From Bacteroidia bacterium (GTDB taxonomy: Bacteria > Bacteroidota > Bacteroidia > M30B66): 64,000 nt of DNA. The number at the start of each line of letters is the position of its first letter. The first letter of the stretch is position 1. Under the pieces are notes generated by a model that did not search any database, had not been told where the DNA came from, and was given only the letters and a program-made list of their open reading frames with translations. Positions 40,172 through 49,824 of this stretch are shown piece after piece. A program made the position numbers and the translations under genes. The stretch lies in the NCBI GenBank assembly GCA_965279035.1, contig OZ257142.1, positions 4,096,001 through 4,160,000 of the forward strand. Reading direction: 5' to 3'.

Positions 40172-42076
40172 ATGGGAAAGATCATAGGCATTGACTTGGG
40201 AACAACTAACTCCTGCGTAGCCGTGATGGAAGGCAATGAGCCAGTTGTTATTCAAAACAGCGAAGGCAAACGCACAACACCTTCCATTGTAGCATTCCTC
40301 GACAATGGAGAGCGTAAAGTAGGAGATCCTGCTAAACGTCAAGCCATCACAAATCCAACAAAAACCATCTCTTCAATTAAACGTTTTATGGGCAACAGCT
40401 TTTCGGAAGTTCAAACCGAGGCAGGACGTGTACCATACAAAGTAGTTAAAGGAGATAACAACACCCCACGCGTTCAAATAGATGATCGCACGTATACTCC
40501 TCAAGAAATCTCCGCAATGGTGCTTCAAAAAATGAAGCAAACTGCTCAAGATTATTTGGGTACTGATGTAACTGAAGCTGTAATTACCGTACCTGCTTAT
40601 TTCAACGACGCTCAACGTCAAGCTACAAAAGAAGCTGGCGAAATCGCAGGATTGAAAGTCATGCGTATTATCAACGAACCTACTGCAGCTGCTCTTGCTT
40701 ATGGTTTAGATAAGAAAAATGCCGACATGAAAATTGTCGTTTTCGACTGCGGAGGAGGAACACATGACGTTTCTGTTCTTGACTTAGGAGATGGTGTTTT
40801 CGAAGTAAAATCAACCGATGGTGATACACATCTTGGAGGAGACGATTTCGATCAGAAAATTATCGATTGGTTAGCAGAAGAATTTTCTTCTACCGAAGGT
40901 GAGGGACTTGATTTACGTAAAGATGCAATGGCATTGCAACGCTTGAAAGAAGCAGCAGAAAAAGCCAAAGTAGAACTTTCTAGTTCTGCAAGCACAGAAA
41001 TCAATCTTCCTTATGTAACAGCAACAGCAACAGGACCTAAACACCTTGTTCGCACTCTAACACGTGCTAAATTTGAACAATTAGCTGATGATTTAATTCG
41101 TCGTACAATTGAACCTTGTAAAACAGCATTGAAAAATGCCAATTACAGTACAAGTGATATTGATGAAATCATCCTAGTTGGTGGATCAACGCGTATTCCA
41201 GCAATCCAAGCTGCAGTAGAAAAATTCTTTGGAAAAGCTCCAAACAAAGGAGTAAATCCAGATGAAGTGGTTGCCATTGGAGCTGCAATTCAGGGTGGTG
41301 TATTAACAGGAGAAGTGAAAGATGTTCTATTGTTAGATGTAACACCTCTATCTCTTGGAATCGAAACGATGGGCGGAGTAATGACACGGCTTATTGAGTC
41401 AAATACTACAATTCCAACCAAAAAATCAGAAGTGTTCTCAACAGCTAGCGATAATCAACCATCCGTTGAAATTCACATTCTTCAAGGAGAACGTCCAATG
41501 GCGGCACAAAATCGCACAATCGGTCGATTCCATTTGGATGGTATTCCGCCAGCACCTCGTGGCATTCCACAAGTTGAAGTGACTTTCGATATAGATGCCA
41601 ATGGAATACTTCATGTTGCAGCAAAAGACAAAGCAACTGGTAAAGAACAAAAAATCCGTATTGAAGCTTCTTCGGGCTTGAGTGATGATGACATTAAGAA
41701 AATGAAAGCTGAAGCTGAAGCAAATGCAGAAACTGATCGCAAAGCAAAAGAAGAAGCAGAAAAAATCAACCAAGCTGACACCTTGATTTTCCAAACAGAA
41801 AAGCAACTGAAAGAATATGGTGATAAAATACCTGCGGAGAAAAAAGGTGCTATTGAATCTGCTCTAACAAATCTGAAAGCAGCTCATCAAACTCGCGATT
41901 TAGCTGCAATTGATTCTTCGCTTGAAGTGCTTAACAATGCATGGTCTGCTGCTTCAGAAGATATGTATAAAGCAAGTCAAGGAGCTGATAATGCATCTGA
42001 ACCACAAGCAGAAAACCAAAGTCAAAATGCTGAAGTGACAGATGTAGATTTCGAAGAAGTAAAGGACGATAAATAA
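40172..42076 (+). CDS. dnaK: Chaperone DnaK
   Basis: [33 protein letters not shown]. Confidence 0.99.
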   Translation: MGKIIGIDLGTTNSCVAVMEGNEPVVIQNSEGKRTTPSIVAFLDNGERKVGDPAKRQAITNPTKTISSIKRFMGNSFSEVQTEAGRVPYKVVKGDNNTPRVQIDDRTYTPQEISAMVLQKMKQTAQDYLGTDVTEAVITVPAYFNDAQRQATKEAGEIAGLKVMRIINEPTAAALAYGLDKKNADMKIVVFDCGGGTHDVSVLDLGDGVFEVKSTDGDTHLGGDDFDQKIIDWLAEEFSSTEGEGLDLRKDAMALQRLKEAAEKAKVELSSSASTEINLPYVTATATGPKHLVRTLTRAKFEQLADDLIRRTIEPCKTALKNANYSTSDIDEIILVGGSTRIPAIQAAVEKFFGKAPNKGVNPDEVVAIGAAIQGGVLTGEVKDVLLLDVTPLSLGIETMGGVMTRLIESNTTIPTKKSEVFSTASDNQPSVEIHILQGERPMAAQNRTIGRFHLDGIPPAPRGIPQVEVTFDIDANGILHVAAKDKATGKEQKIRIEASSGLSDDDIKKMKAEAEANAETDRKAKEEAEKINQADTLIFQTEKQLKEYGDKIPAEKKGAIESALTNLKAAHQTRDLAAIDSSLEVLNNAWSAASEDMYKASQGADNASEPQAENQSQNAEVTDVDFEEVKDDK

Positions 42077-42094
42077 GCATTAATGCTTTCTTAG

Positions 42095-42130
42095 AACCGT
42101 CATTTCTAAAATAGAAATGGCGGTTTTTTT
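42095..42130 (+). terminator. dnaK terminator
   Basis: AACCGTCATTTCT-AAAAT-AGAAATGGCGGTT plus T run. Confidence 0.85.
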
Positions 42131-42135
42131 ATATA

Positions 42136-42174
42136 AAAAAACCCGGAGACACCTGTGCTGAAGTGCCTCCGGGT
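42136..42174 (-). terminator. Minus-strand intrinsic terminator
   Basis: ACCCGGAGGCAC...GTGTCTCCGGGT followed by a T run on the minus strand. Confidence 0.75.
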
Positions 42175-42564
42175 AAATAGTTCACATAAATACCAGTTGC
42201 GCTCCTAACCCATTCAGAATGGCAACTGCTCTAATTCATCAATTGAAACTGCTCAGGAATCAACTGTTTTATAGAAATAGAATTACGTGATAACTTAACC
42301 TAATGGCACAAAGGTGACTATTAATTATTAAGTGCAACAGGGGGGCAACACCTATATTTTATGAAATCATTAAGAAATTGGGATCGGATTTTATATACCA
42401 ATTTCCCTCTCCAATAAGTAGAATTCCTTTTGTGTTTTTATTGTCGGATTAGTGATTTATTATAAAAAATAAATCGCGTTAAAATACATGGACAAGCAGT
42501 TGATTTTGCGAAAGTGTTTTTTTTAAATTAATCTTGAATCCTTATATGAAACCGACATAAGTAT

Positions 42565-42975
42565 TCAAGATCGATGAGCCATTTGATGCTCTTTAATTAG
42601 CTCGAGTAAATACAAATTCTGTAACGGTTTATTCAAAAACCCAGAGACCAAAGGATGTTCTTCTGCTTTGATTTTATCTTTTATATTTTCAGAAGATGAC
42701 AACATATAAATTCTACTCCTGTACTTTATTCCAGGAAATCGTTCTTGACATAAGCTTAGAAATTCCCAGCCATTGATTATTGGCATGGTGATATCCAAAA
42801 AAATTAAATCGGGTAATTTCCTAGTTTTAGGAAATTTTGCAAGTTCCTTTAATGCATCTCCAGCATATAAAAAGCATTCTATTCGAACATCTGGAAAGTG
42901 TTCTTGAATAAGATAACTGTTAAACACATTATTCATCGGATCATCATCAATTAACCAAATCGTTTCAAGTTCCAT
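42565..42975 (-). CDS. Single-domain response regulator
   Basis: LIDDD, IFLDITMP, MLSSS, FLNKP. Confidence 0.9.
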   Translation of the reverse strand: MELETIWLIDDDPMNNVFNSYLIQEHFPDVRIECFLYAGDALKELAKFPKTRKLPDLIFLDITMPIINGWEFLSLCQERFPGIKYRSRIYMLSSSENIKDKIKAEEHPLVSGFLNKPLQNLYLLELIKEHQMAHRS

Positions 42976-43146
42976 TTCCGGTAGTTTTGGACTGGCAAAC
43001 TAAACAAAGGTGATTGATTAGAATTCCTAAATGGAATACTTAACTTACAAAGAATAATTAACTACTCTTTTAGTTGCAATCTATTGAATAGCATATGGTT
43101 ATATAGCTCAATAATTCTTACACATAGAAATAAACTATACGCTATA

Positions 43147-43524
43147 TTAATTGATTAATAATTTCAAAAAATTTAATTTATCCATATCAAATGGTCTTGA
43201 AATAAATCCTGAAACTAATCCTGAAATAGATGCTAGACTTTTATCATTAGGATCAACAGATGAAGAAAGAATATATATTAATGGCTTATTATTATTATCA
43301 TGAATATCGATAGAATATAATTTTAAAAATCCCCATCCATCCATATCAGGCATATTTATATCTAAAAAAATAACATCAGGTTTATTTTGCATTTTTCATA
43401 ATTCAAATAATGCATTAGCAGCATCATTATATGACAATATCTCAAGTCCACGAAAATGTTCCTCAAGGAAATAAGTATTTAACATATTTGTAATACCATC
43501 ATCATCAATTAGAACTACTTTCAC
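43147..43524 (-). pseudogene. Single-domain response regulator interrupted by an in-frame TGA
   Basis: GTG 43524 reads VKVVLIDDD...LFEL, then TGA (43398-43396), then KMQNKPDVIFLD in the same frame. Confidence 0.8.
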
Positions 43525-43586
43525 TGAATTAGTTATTTTTCAAAATGTTTGTCATCTAAGTATTATTAATTAATAAAATGACCTTT

Positions 43587-44249
43587 TTAATGTTCCAAAA
43601 TTATTTTTTGATTATTCAAGCAAAAACGTAATAAAGATAAATGCCCTTTTAATCCGAGTTTATTGGTGATATTGGAACGATGATTTTCTACTGTTTTTGT
43701 ACTAATAAAAAACTCCTGGGCAATATCAAGAGAGGAATTATTTTGAGCAATACGTTTCAATATTCTTGCTTCAGATGGAGTTAAACGTCCAATCATTTCC
43801 AACACTTTATCAATTTCTTTTTGGTCTGGGATACTTACAATTGGCAAATTTTCATTGTTTTCACTATTCTGCCTCAATACTTTCAATCGATCTAGTCGTG
43901 AATTAATTGCCTGAATTAATTCGTTACTCGTAAATGGCTTTGTAATATAATCATCTGCACCGAGCTCCATGCCTTCTCGAACATCACGTCGATCTACTTT
44001 TGCAGAAACAAAAATGAATGGAACTGATTGTAATCCATTCTCATTTCTAATTTGCTCTAATAACCAAAATCCATCATAACGAGGCATTTTAATATCACAC
44101 AAAATTATATCTGGAAGAAAATGCCGTGCTAATAGTAAACCAGTTTCTCCATTTTCAGCACTCTTCACCTCAAATCCATGAAGGGATATGATTTCCTCCA
44201 TATTATTACGTAATATCAATTCGTCCTCAACAATTAAAACCTTTTTCAT
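43587..44249 (-). CDS. Response regulator, REC + LuxR-type HTH
   Basis: IVEDE, CDIKMP, YITKPF, LTPSE...IS.KTVENHRSNI. Confidence 0.92.
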   Translation of the reverse strand: MKKVLIVEDELILRNNMEEIISLHGFEVKSAENGETGLLLARHFLPDIILCDIKMPRYDGFWLLEQIRNENGLQSVPFIFVSAKVDRRDVREGMELGADDYITKPFTSNELIQAINSRLDRLKVLRQNSENNENLPIVSIPDQKEIDKVLEMIGRLTPSEARILKRIAQNNSSLDIAQEFFISTKTVENHRSNITNKLGLKGHLSLLRFCLNNQKIILEH

Positions 44250-44788
44250 TTTTAAATGCTATTTATGTAAAGTTAATGGAATTTTCTATTCGTTTGAATG
44301 TTCTGTCGACCTTCTCAAGTATAATCCTAAAAACTGAATATTAAGCTTGTCATCAAAATATAGTTGAAAATAAAAACTAAATTCATTTTCGAACTCTTAA
44401 CTTGAAAGACCATTTATTCTTCAACCTTTTTAAGTTATTTAATTAAATTAGTTAGTATCATTTTCTATTATATAATAAACATAGTAGTCTTATGATACCC
44501 TTAATTGCTTTAATAAATAATTAACTATTAAATGTGAAAATAAATCAATTAATTTATTTGTCATTCAACTCAATTTAAATCCTCATACCAACTCAATTAA
44601 TCTAAATTACAAATCTTATTTTCACAGAAACTGGACATTACAATTCATTAATTTCTACCTAATTGTGTTTCTAAATAAAAACTAAAAACAATCTTCATTT
44701 TATTTAATAACTAACATTACTCAATCTGAGAAATTAAGCCATTCCATTGGCTACATTTGTCAAATAATTTTCTGAATTATTTTTTTAA

Positions 44789-45805
44789 ATGAATCCTTTA
44801 AAGACAGGCGTTTTAATACTTCAACTAGGCACTCCTGATAGTCCTTCAACATCTGATGTTCGGAAATACCTTCGTGAATTTCTCATGGATGCACGTGTAA
44901 TTGATGTGCCTTATGTGCTTCGTCAAATTTTGGTGAATGGGATTATTGCCAATTTCAGAGCCCCAAAATCCGCTAAGCTGTATAAGGAAATATGGACTGA
45001 TAAGGGATCTCCTTTACTTATTTATGGCAACGAAGTTAAAAAGGAACTTCAAGCTAAACTCGGAAACGATTTTATTGTAGAACTCGGTATGCGTTATCAA
45101 CAACCTCCTATGAAAGAGGCATTGGAACGCTTTCGAAAAGCTAAAGTTGGCAAATTGATTTTATTACCTCTTTACCCACAGTTTGCCTCTTCAAGTACAG
45201 GATCTTCACTTCAACTCGCATTCGAAACTATTGCTTCTTGGGAAGTAATGCCCGAAATTCATGCTATTTCCTCCTATTACAATCATCCCGAATACATTCG
45301 CTTATGGGCTGAAAAAGGCAAAGCAATGAATGATGGAAGTTTTGATGCGTTTATGTTTACGTTTCATGGTGTCCCATGGAGACATATTCGAAAAACAGAA
45401 TGCGGTGGAACATGTCAAGATGGACCAAAAGAATGCCCTGCAATTAACGAATCTAATCATGTTTGTTATCGTGCCCAATGTTTCTCAAATGCACGTGCGG
45501 TTTGCCTAGCTGCTGGATTCCCATCAGAAAAAACCTATATCAATTTTCAATCTCGACTAGGAAAAGATCCTTGGTTAACGCCTTATACCGATCATACCAT
45601 CATCCGTTTAGCGAAAGAAGGTAAAAAAAGAATCCTAGTATTCTCTCCTTCTTTTACAGCCGACTGCCTTGAAACAATACATGAAGTTGGCGTTGAATAC
45701 AACGAACTTTTTAAAGAACATGGTGGAGAAGAACTTGTTCTTGTTCCAAGTATGAATAGTGACTCGGGGTGGATTACATTTTTAAACAGCCTTATTATCG
45801 AATGA
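44789..45805 (+). CDS. hemH: Ferrochelatase
   Basis: LGTPDSP, LYPQF, FHGVP, FQSRLG, ADCLETIHE. Confidence 0.95.
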   Translation: MNPLKTGVLILQLGTPDSPSTSDVRKYLREFLMDARVIDVPYVLRQILVNGIIANFRAPKSAKLYKEIWTDKGSPLLIYGNEVKKELQAKLGNDFIVELGMRYQQPPMKEALERFRKAKVGKLILLPLYPQFASSSTGSSLQLAFETIASWEVMPEIHAISSYYNHPEYIRLWAEKGKAMNDGSFDAFMFTFHGVPWRHIRKTECGGTCQDGPKECPAINESNHVCYRAQCFSNARAVCLAAGFPSEKTYINFQSRLGKDPWLTPYTDHTIIRLAKEGKKRILVFSPSFTADCLETIHEVGVEYNELFKEHGGEELVLVPSMNSDSGWITFLNSLIIE

Positions 45806-45874
45806 AAATAGCATCCATTCGATATTTTTTTACACATTTATACACTCATCTTCGCTCTTACGTTATCTCGGCGA

Positions 45875-47482
45875 ATGCTTCCTAAACAGCTACGTTTTCT
45901 TCATCCTTATCTCCATTTCATCGGCCTGCTATTAATGGTTGCAGGTTTGCCGTTTTCCCTATTGTTAATGAGCCTTTCGCAATTTTTCATTGGAGGAAAT
46001 TGGATTCTAGAAGGACACTACAAAGAAAAACTGAATCGTTTCAAATCCAACAAATCAGCTTGGCTACTTTGTGGAATTTTCCTCATGCTTTTACCAGGAT
46101 TAATCTGGACTAATAACTGGAATGATGGACTCAAACTCATACGTATCAACTTACCCTTTCTTATTTTTCCTTTCGTACTTGCATCTTCTCAACCATTAAA
46201 GAAAACATGGTATGAGCTTCTTCTAAAGCTGTCAATTGTTTCCGTTTTTCTTGCTTCGATCGCTTGTATTATTTGGGGACTTCCTCTCTGGCTTAACGGA
46301 GAACTTTCCGATATTAGAAATATTTCCGTATTCATTTCTCACATTCGATTTGCACTCTTAATTGTGCTTTCTATTTTAATTGGTGTGTGGATGCTCAGCA
46401 GCCGAAAAATTCCTCTCAAACAGGTTGAACGTTTACTTTTAATTTTCATCCTTATTTGGCTAACAACTTTTCTATTCATTCTTCAATCACTTACGGGAAT
46501 TGGTATTTTACTATTCATTTCTCTCTTTTGGGGAGGCATAACTATTTGGAAAAAATATTCTCATAAAAAAGCAATCCTACTTTTTTCAATTCCATTTATT
46601 TTCTTTCTAATTACGATTTGGCAAGGCCTAACTGTATGGAAGGAATATAGCACTCCCTCAAGTATTTATTCTAGCACTGCTCCAACAAAAACAATTCGAG
46701 GAAATATATATACACACGATTTTTCAATTCTCGAAAACGGAAATTATGTTTTCAGCTTTGTATGTGATAAAGAATTACGAAATGCCTGGGAAAAAAGAAG
46801 CAGACTTTCAATAGATAGTTCCGATGGAAAAGGAAATCAAACCTACATAACTCTTCTCAGATTTTTAAATTCAAAAGGCTTAAAGAAAGATCAAGATGGA
46901 GTCAATGCCCTTTCTGACTTAGAAGTTCGATATATAGAAAAAGGTGTTGCCAATGTGCATTATACTGGATTATGGGGAATCCGAATGCGTTTTTACCAAT
47001 TGCTATGGGAACTAGATTATAATCGGCGAGGTGAATCAAATCCTGCAGGTCATACAGTGGTTATGAAACTTGAATTCTGGAAAAATTCATTCCGAATCAT
47101 TGATCAAAACTTATTGAAAGGTGTTGGTACTGGCGATGTTTCCGATAGTTTCAAACAAGAATATCAACGAAATGCAAGTTGGCTCGATCCTTCATGGTGG
47201 ATGACTAGCCATAATCATTACTTATACATTGCTGTTGCACTTGGAATTCCGGGATTATTACTTTTTCTAATGTGTTTCTTTCTACCTGTTTTCAAGCAGT
47301 CTCGCCCAATCTATACTCCTCTTGTTTTATTCTTCTGCATTGCAGTAATATCAATGCTTACTGAAGATACTTTAACGACTCAAGCCGGCGTTTCATTTAT
47401 CGCCTTTTTCTATTGCTTCTTCCTTTTTTCGCGACCTGTTGAAATAGGTTCTTCTTCCTCTTCTTCTATCCCAATTAATTGA
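45875..47482 (+). CDS. O-antigen ligase/polymerase (Wzy_C) family membrane protein
   Basis: Many TM helices; GVGTGD...SHNHYL...LGIPG. Confidence 0.75.
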   Translation: MLPKQLRFLHPYLHFIGLLLMVAGLPFSLLLMSLSQFFIGGNWILEGHYKEKLNRFKSNKSAWLLCGIFLMLLPGLIWTNNWNDGLKLIRINLPFLIFPFVLASSQPLKKTWYELLLKLSIVSVFLASIACIIWGLPLWLNGELSDIRNISVFISHIRFALLIVLSILIGVWMLSSRKIPLKQVERLLLIFILIWLTTFLFILQSLTGIGILLFISLFWGGITIWKKYSHKKAILLFSIPFIFFLITIWQGLTVWKEYSTPSSIYSSTAPTKTIRGNIYTHDFSILENGNYVFSFVCDKELRNAWEKRSRLSIDSSDGKGNQTYITLLRFLNSKGLKKDQDGVNALSDLEVRYIEKGVANVHYTGLWGIRMRFYQLLWELDYNRRGESNPAGHTVVMKLEFWKNSFRIIDQNLLKGVGTGDVSDSFKQEYQRNASWLDPSWWMTSHNHYLYIAVALGIPGLLLFLMCFFLPVFKQSRPIYTPLVLFFCIAVISMLTEDTLTTQAGVSFIAFFYCFFLFSRPVEIGSSSSSSIPIN

Positions 47483-48156
47483 CTCGAACCTGAACCTCCA
47501 ACCACAATTACAATTTCACCTTTTGGACTGCGTTGCTCATAATAATCTGCAAGTTCTATCAACGTTCCTCGCTTGCATTCTTCATAAATCTTAGTCAATT
47601 CACGAATCACTGCAGCTTTTCGTTCAGCTCCACAATACTCAGCAAGCTGGCGTAATGTCTTTACTAATCGAAATGGTGATTCATACAAAATGATTGTTCG
47701 CTCTTCGCTTGCTAATCGTTTTATTTTTGTTTGACGACCTTTCTTATGTGGCAAAAATCCTTCAAAACAAAAGCGGTCTGCAGGCAATCCTGAAATAACC
47801 AAGGAAGGAATTAATGCTGTTGGGCCAGGCAAACATTCAACGTCAATACCAGCTTCTATACACGCTCGAACTAGTAAAAAACCAGGGTCAGAAATTCCGG
47901 GTGTTCCAGCATCAGAAATTAAAACAACAGAATTACTATCTTCAATTAAACGAATCGTAGAACTGAGAACGTGATGCTCATTGTGTTGATGAAATGGTCG
48001 CAATGGCCTCGAAATATCCAACAAACGAAGTAAATTCCCTGATGTGCGTGTGTCTTCAGCTAGAACAACATCCGCCTCTTTGAGCAATCGTATCGACCTT
48101 AAGGTAATGTCTTCCAGATTGCCCAATGGTGTTGGCACCAGGATGAGTTTCCCCAT
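47410..48156 (-). CDS. rsmI: 16S rRNA (cytidine1402-2'-O)-methyltransferase
   Basis: PTPLGNLEDIT, AEDTR, SDAGTPGISDPG, YESPFR, RELTK. Confidence 0.95.
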   Translation of the reverse strand: MGKLILVPTPLGNLEDITLRSIRLLKEADVVLAEDTRTSGNLLRLLDISRPLRPFHQHNEHHVLSSTIRLIEDSNSVVLISDAGTPGISDPGFLLVRACIEAGIDVECLPGPTALIPSLVISGLPADRFCFEGFLPHKKGRQTKIKRLASEERTIILYESPFRLVKTLRQLAEYCGAERKAAVIRELTKIYEECKRGTLIELADYYEQRSPKGEIVIVVGGSGSSQLIGIEEEEEEPISTGREKRKKQ

Positions 48157-48157
48157 T

Positions 48158-49114
48158 TTAGATATTGTGCAAATAGCGACGATTCAGCAAATCGGCCAAT
48201 CCTTGAAATGATTTACCTTCTGAATCCCAATTGTATTTTGCTTTCAACTCCTGAAAGAAGTCTTCTGCATCGCTATAATTTTCGAAATTATTTAATTTAT
48301 CTAAGGCTTCGTTATACTCATTCACGTTGTTCTTAAATAAATCTTTCAAGTAGGCAAACTTCTCATTGATTCCAATGGATGATTTGATATTGGAAACAGG
48401 TTGACGATTTGCCTGATTGGCTACTGTCTTCTCAGTAGGCTTTGCAATTTTATCGTAAAGTGATGCTGCTTTCTCAAAAATACTTTCCTTTTTAGGTTCT
48501 GAGGCAGCGGGCTCAGGCTTAAATTCTATCTTCCTAACCGTTGGAACAAAATCTTTCTGACGTTCTTGAAGTAAATCAACCTTGGGAGTTATCACTGCTG
48601 CAGGTGATTCTTGAATTGCCTGCTTGGGCGTTTCTTCTACTACTGGAGTTCCATTAAACGTTTTTTGCCACACAATGGGTGAAATTTCTTCCACTTTCTC
48701 TTCAGGAACCTTTTCTTCTTCTTTACTAACCTCCTCTATAACTTCATTCTCAGAAATCAAATCAACAACAACTGGCTCTTCTTCGATTTTAGTTATAGCA
48801 GGTTCTTCAACTAACAAACTAGTTGATTTGTCTTCGGGCGTAATTACAGGTTTTGGAGTTTCTTCTTTCTTAACAACGTCTTCATTAACGACAGAATTTT
48901 TTGAAGAAATCGAATCCGAAGGGGATTTTCTTCGCTGATGTTCAGCAAGTGTTCGGAGATCAAGAAGTGATTCGTATAAATCCCTAACATCTTTTAATGC
49001 GAGGTCAACTTCCATCAACGGAATCGAATCTTTGTACTGAAGAATACGGCTATACTGCTCTTCCACCTTGAAAAGCAGATGGGTTATATCGTCGTGTATG
49101 CGGTTGGCGTCCAT
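48158..49114 (-). CDS. Hypothetical protein with acidic low-complexity linker
   Basis: 318-aa ORF with folded-looking ends (IGINEKF..DLF). Confidence 0.7.
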   Translation of the reverse strand: MDANRIHDDITHLLFKVEEQYSRILQYKDSIPLMEVDLALKDVRDLYESLLDLRTLAEHQRRKSPSDSISSKNSVVNEDVVKKEETPKPVITPEDKSTSLLVEEPAITKIEEEPVVVDLISENEVIEEVSKEEEKVPEEKVEEISPIVWQKTFNGTPVVEETPKQAIQESPAAVITPKVDLLQERQKDFVPTVRKIEFKPEPAASEPKKESIFEKAASLYDKIAKPTEKTVANQANRQPVSNIKSSIGINEKFAYLKDLFKNNVNEYNEALDKLNNFENYSDAEDFFQELKAKYNWDSEGKSFQGLADLLNRRYLHNI

Positions 49115-49212
49115 AAGGGTTTACCCAATAGTAATGAATCGAATGTCTTTTACTTAGTTTTGTGGAATCAATCCACCGGGTAAAAATACGTAAAAACATA
49201 TCGGTTGCTTCC

Positions 49213-49824
49213 ATGTTTCTTGAAAACACTTTACACTCCACCAAACGTCGCGGTTCTATTGAAGTAATCTGCGGTTCCATGTTTTCGGGAAAAACCGAAG
49301 AACTCATCCGTCGACTTCGTCGTGCAACCTTTGCAAAACAACGCGTTGAGATATTCAAACCCGCGGTAGACGTACGTTACCACGAAGCCGATGTGGTCTC
49401 TCACGACTCCAATTCGATACGTTCAACACCCGTTGAATCATCTCAAAGTATATTACTTCTTTCAGGAGAAGTAGATGTTATTGGCATCGATGAAGCTCAA
49501 TTTTTCGATTCCGAACTTGTCAATGTCTGTAACGAACTTGCCAATATGGGCATCCGGGTAATCGTTGCCGGATTGGATATGGATTTCCGAGGATTTCCCT
49601 TCGGACCAATTCCAGCACTTCTTGCAACAGCCGAATATGTGACCAAAGTTCACGCAATCTGTATGGTGTGTGGCAACCTAGCTAATCACTCACATCGTTT
49701 TGATAATACCAACGAAAGCCTTGTATTATTAGGCGAAACAGATTCCTATCAGCCACTTTGCCGTGATTGCTTTTATGAACGCAATCCACTTCCGTACACC
49801 GGTTCTCAGGCTCGTAAATCATGA
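49213..49824 (+). CDS. tdk: Thymidine kinase
   Basis: [25 protein letters not shown], CxxC pairs. Confidence 0.96.
   Translation: MFLENTLHSTKRRGSIEVICGSMFSGKTEELIRRLRRATFAKQRVEIFKPAVDVRYHEADVVSHDSNSIRSTPVESSQSILLLSGEVDVIGIDEAQFFDSELVNVCNELANMGIRVIVAGLDMDFRGFPFGPIPALLATAEYVTKVHAICMVCGNLANHSHRFDNTNESLVLLGETDSYQPLCRDCFYERNPLPYTGSQARKS

Noticed and set aside
43396-43398. Selenocysteine or alternative-code reading of the TGA
   Set aside because: The position is not a Cys site, no SECIS-like hairpin is evident, and other genes terminate at TGA.
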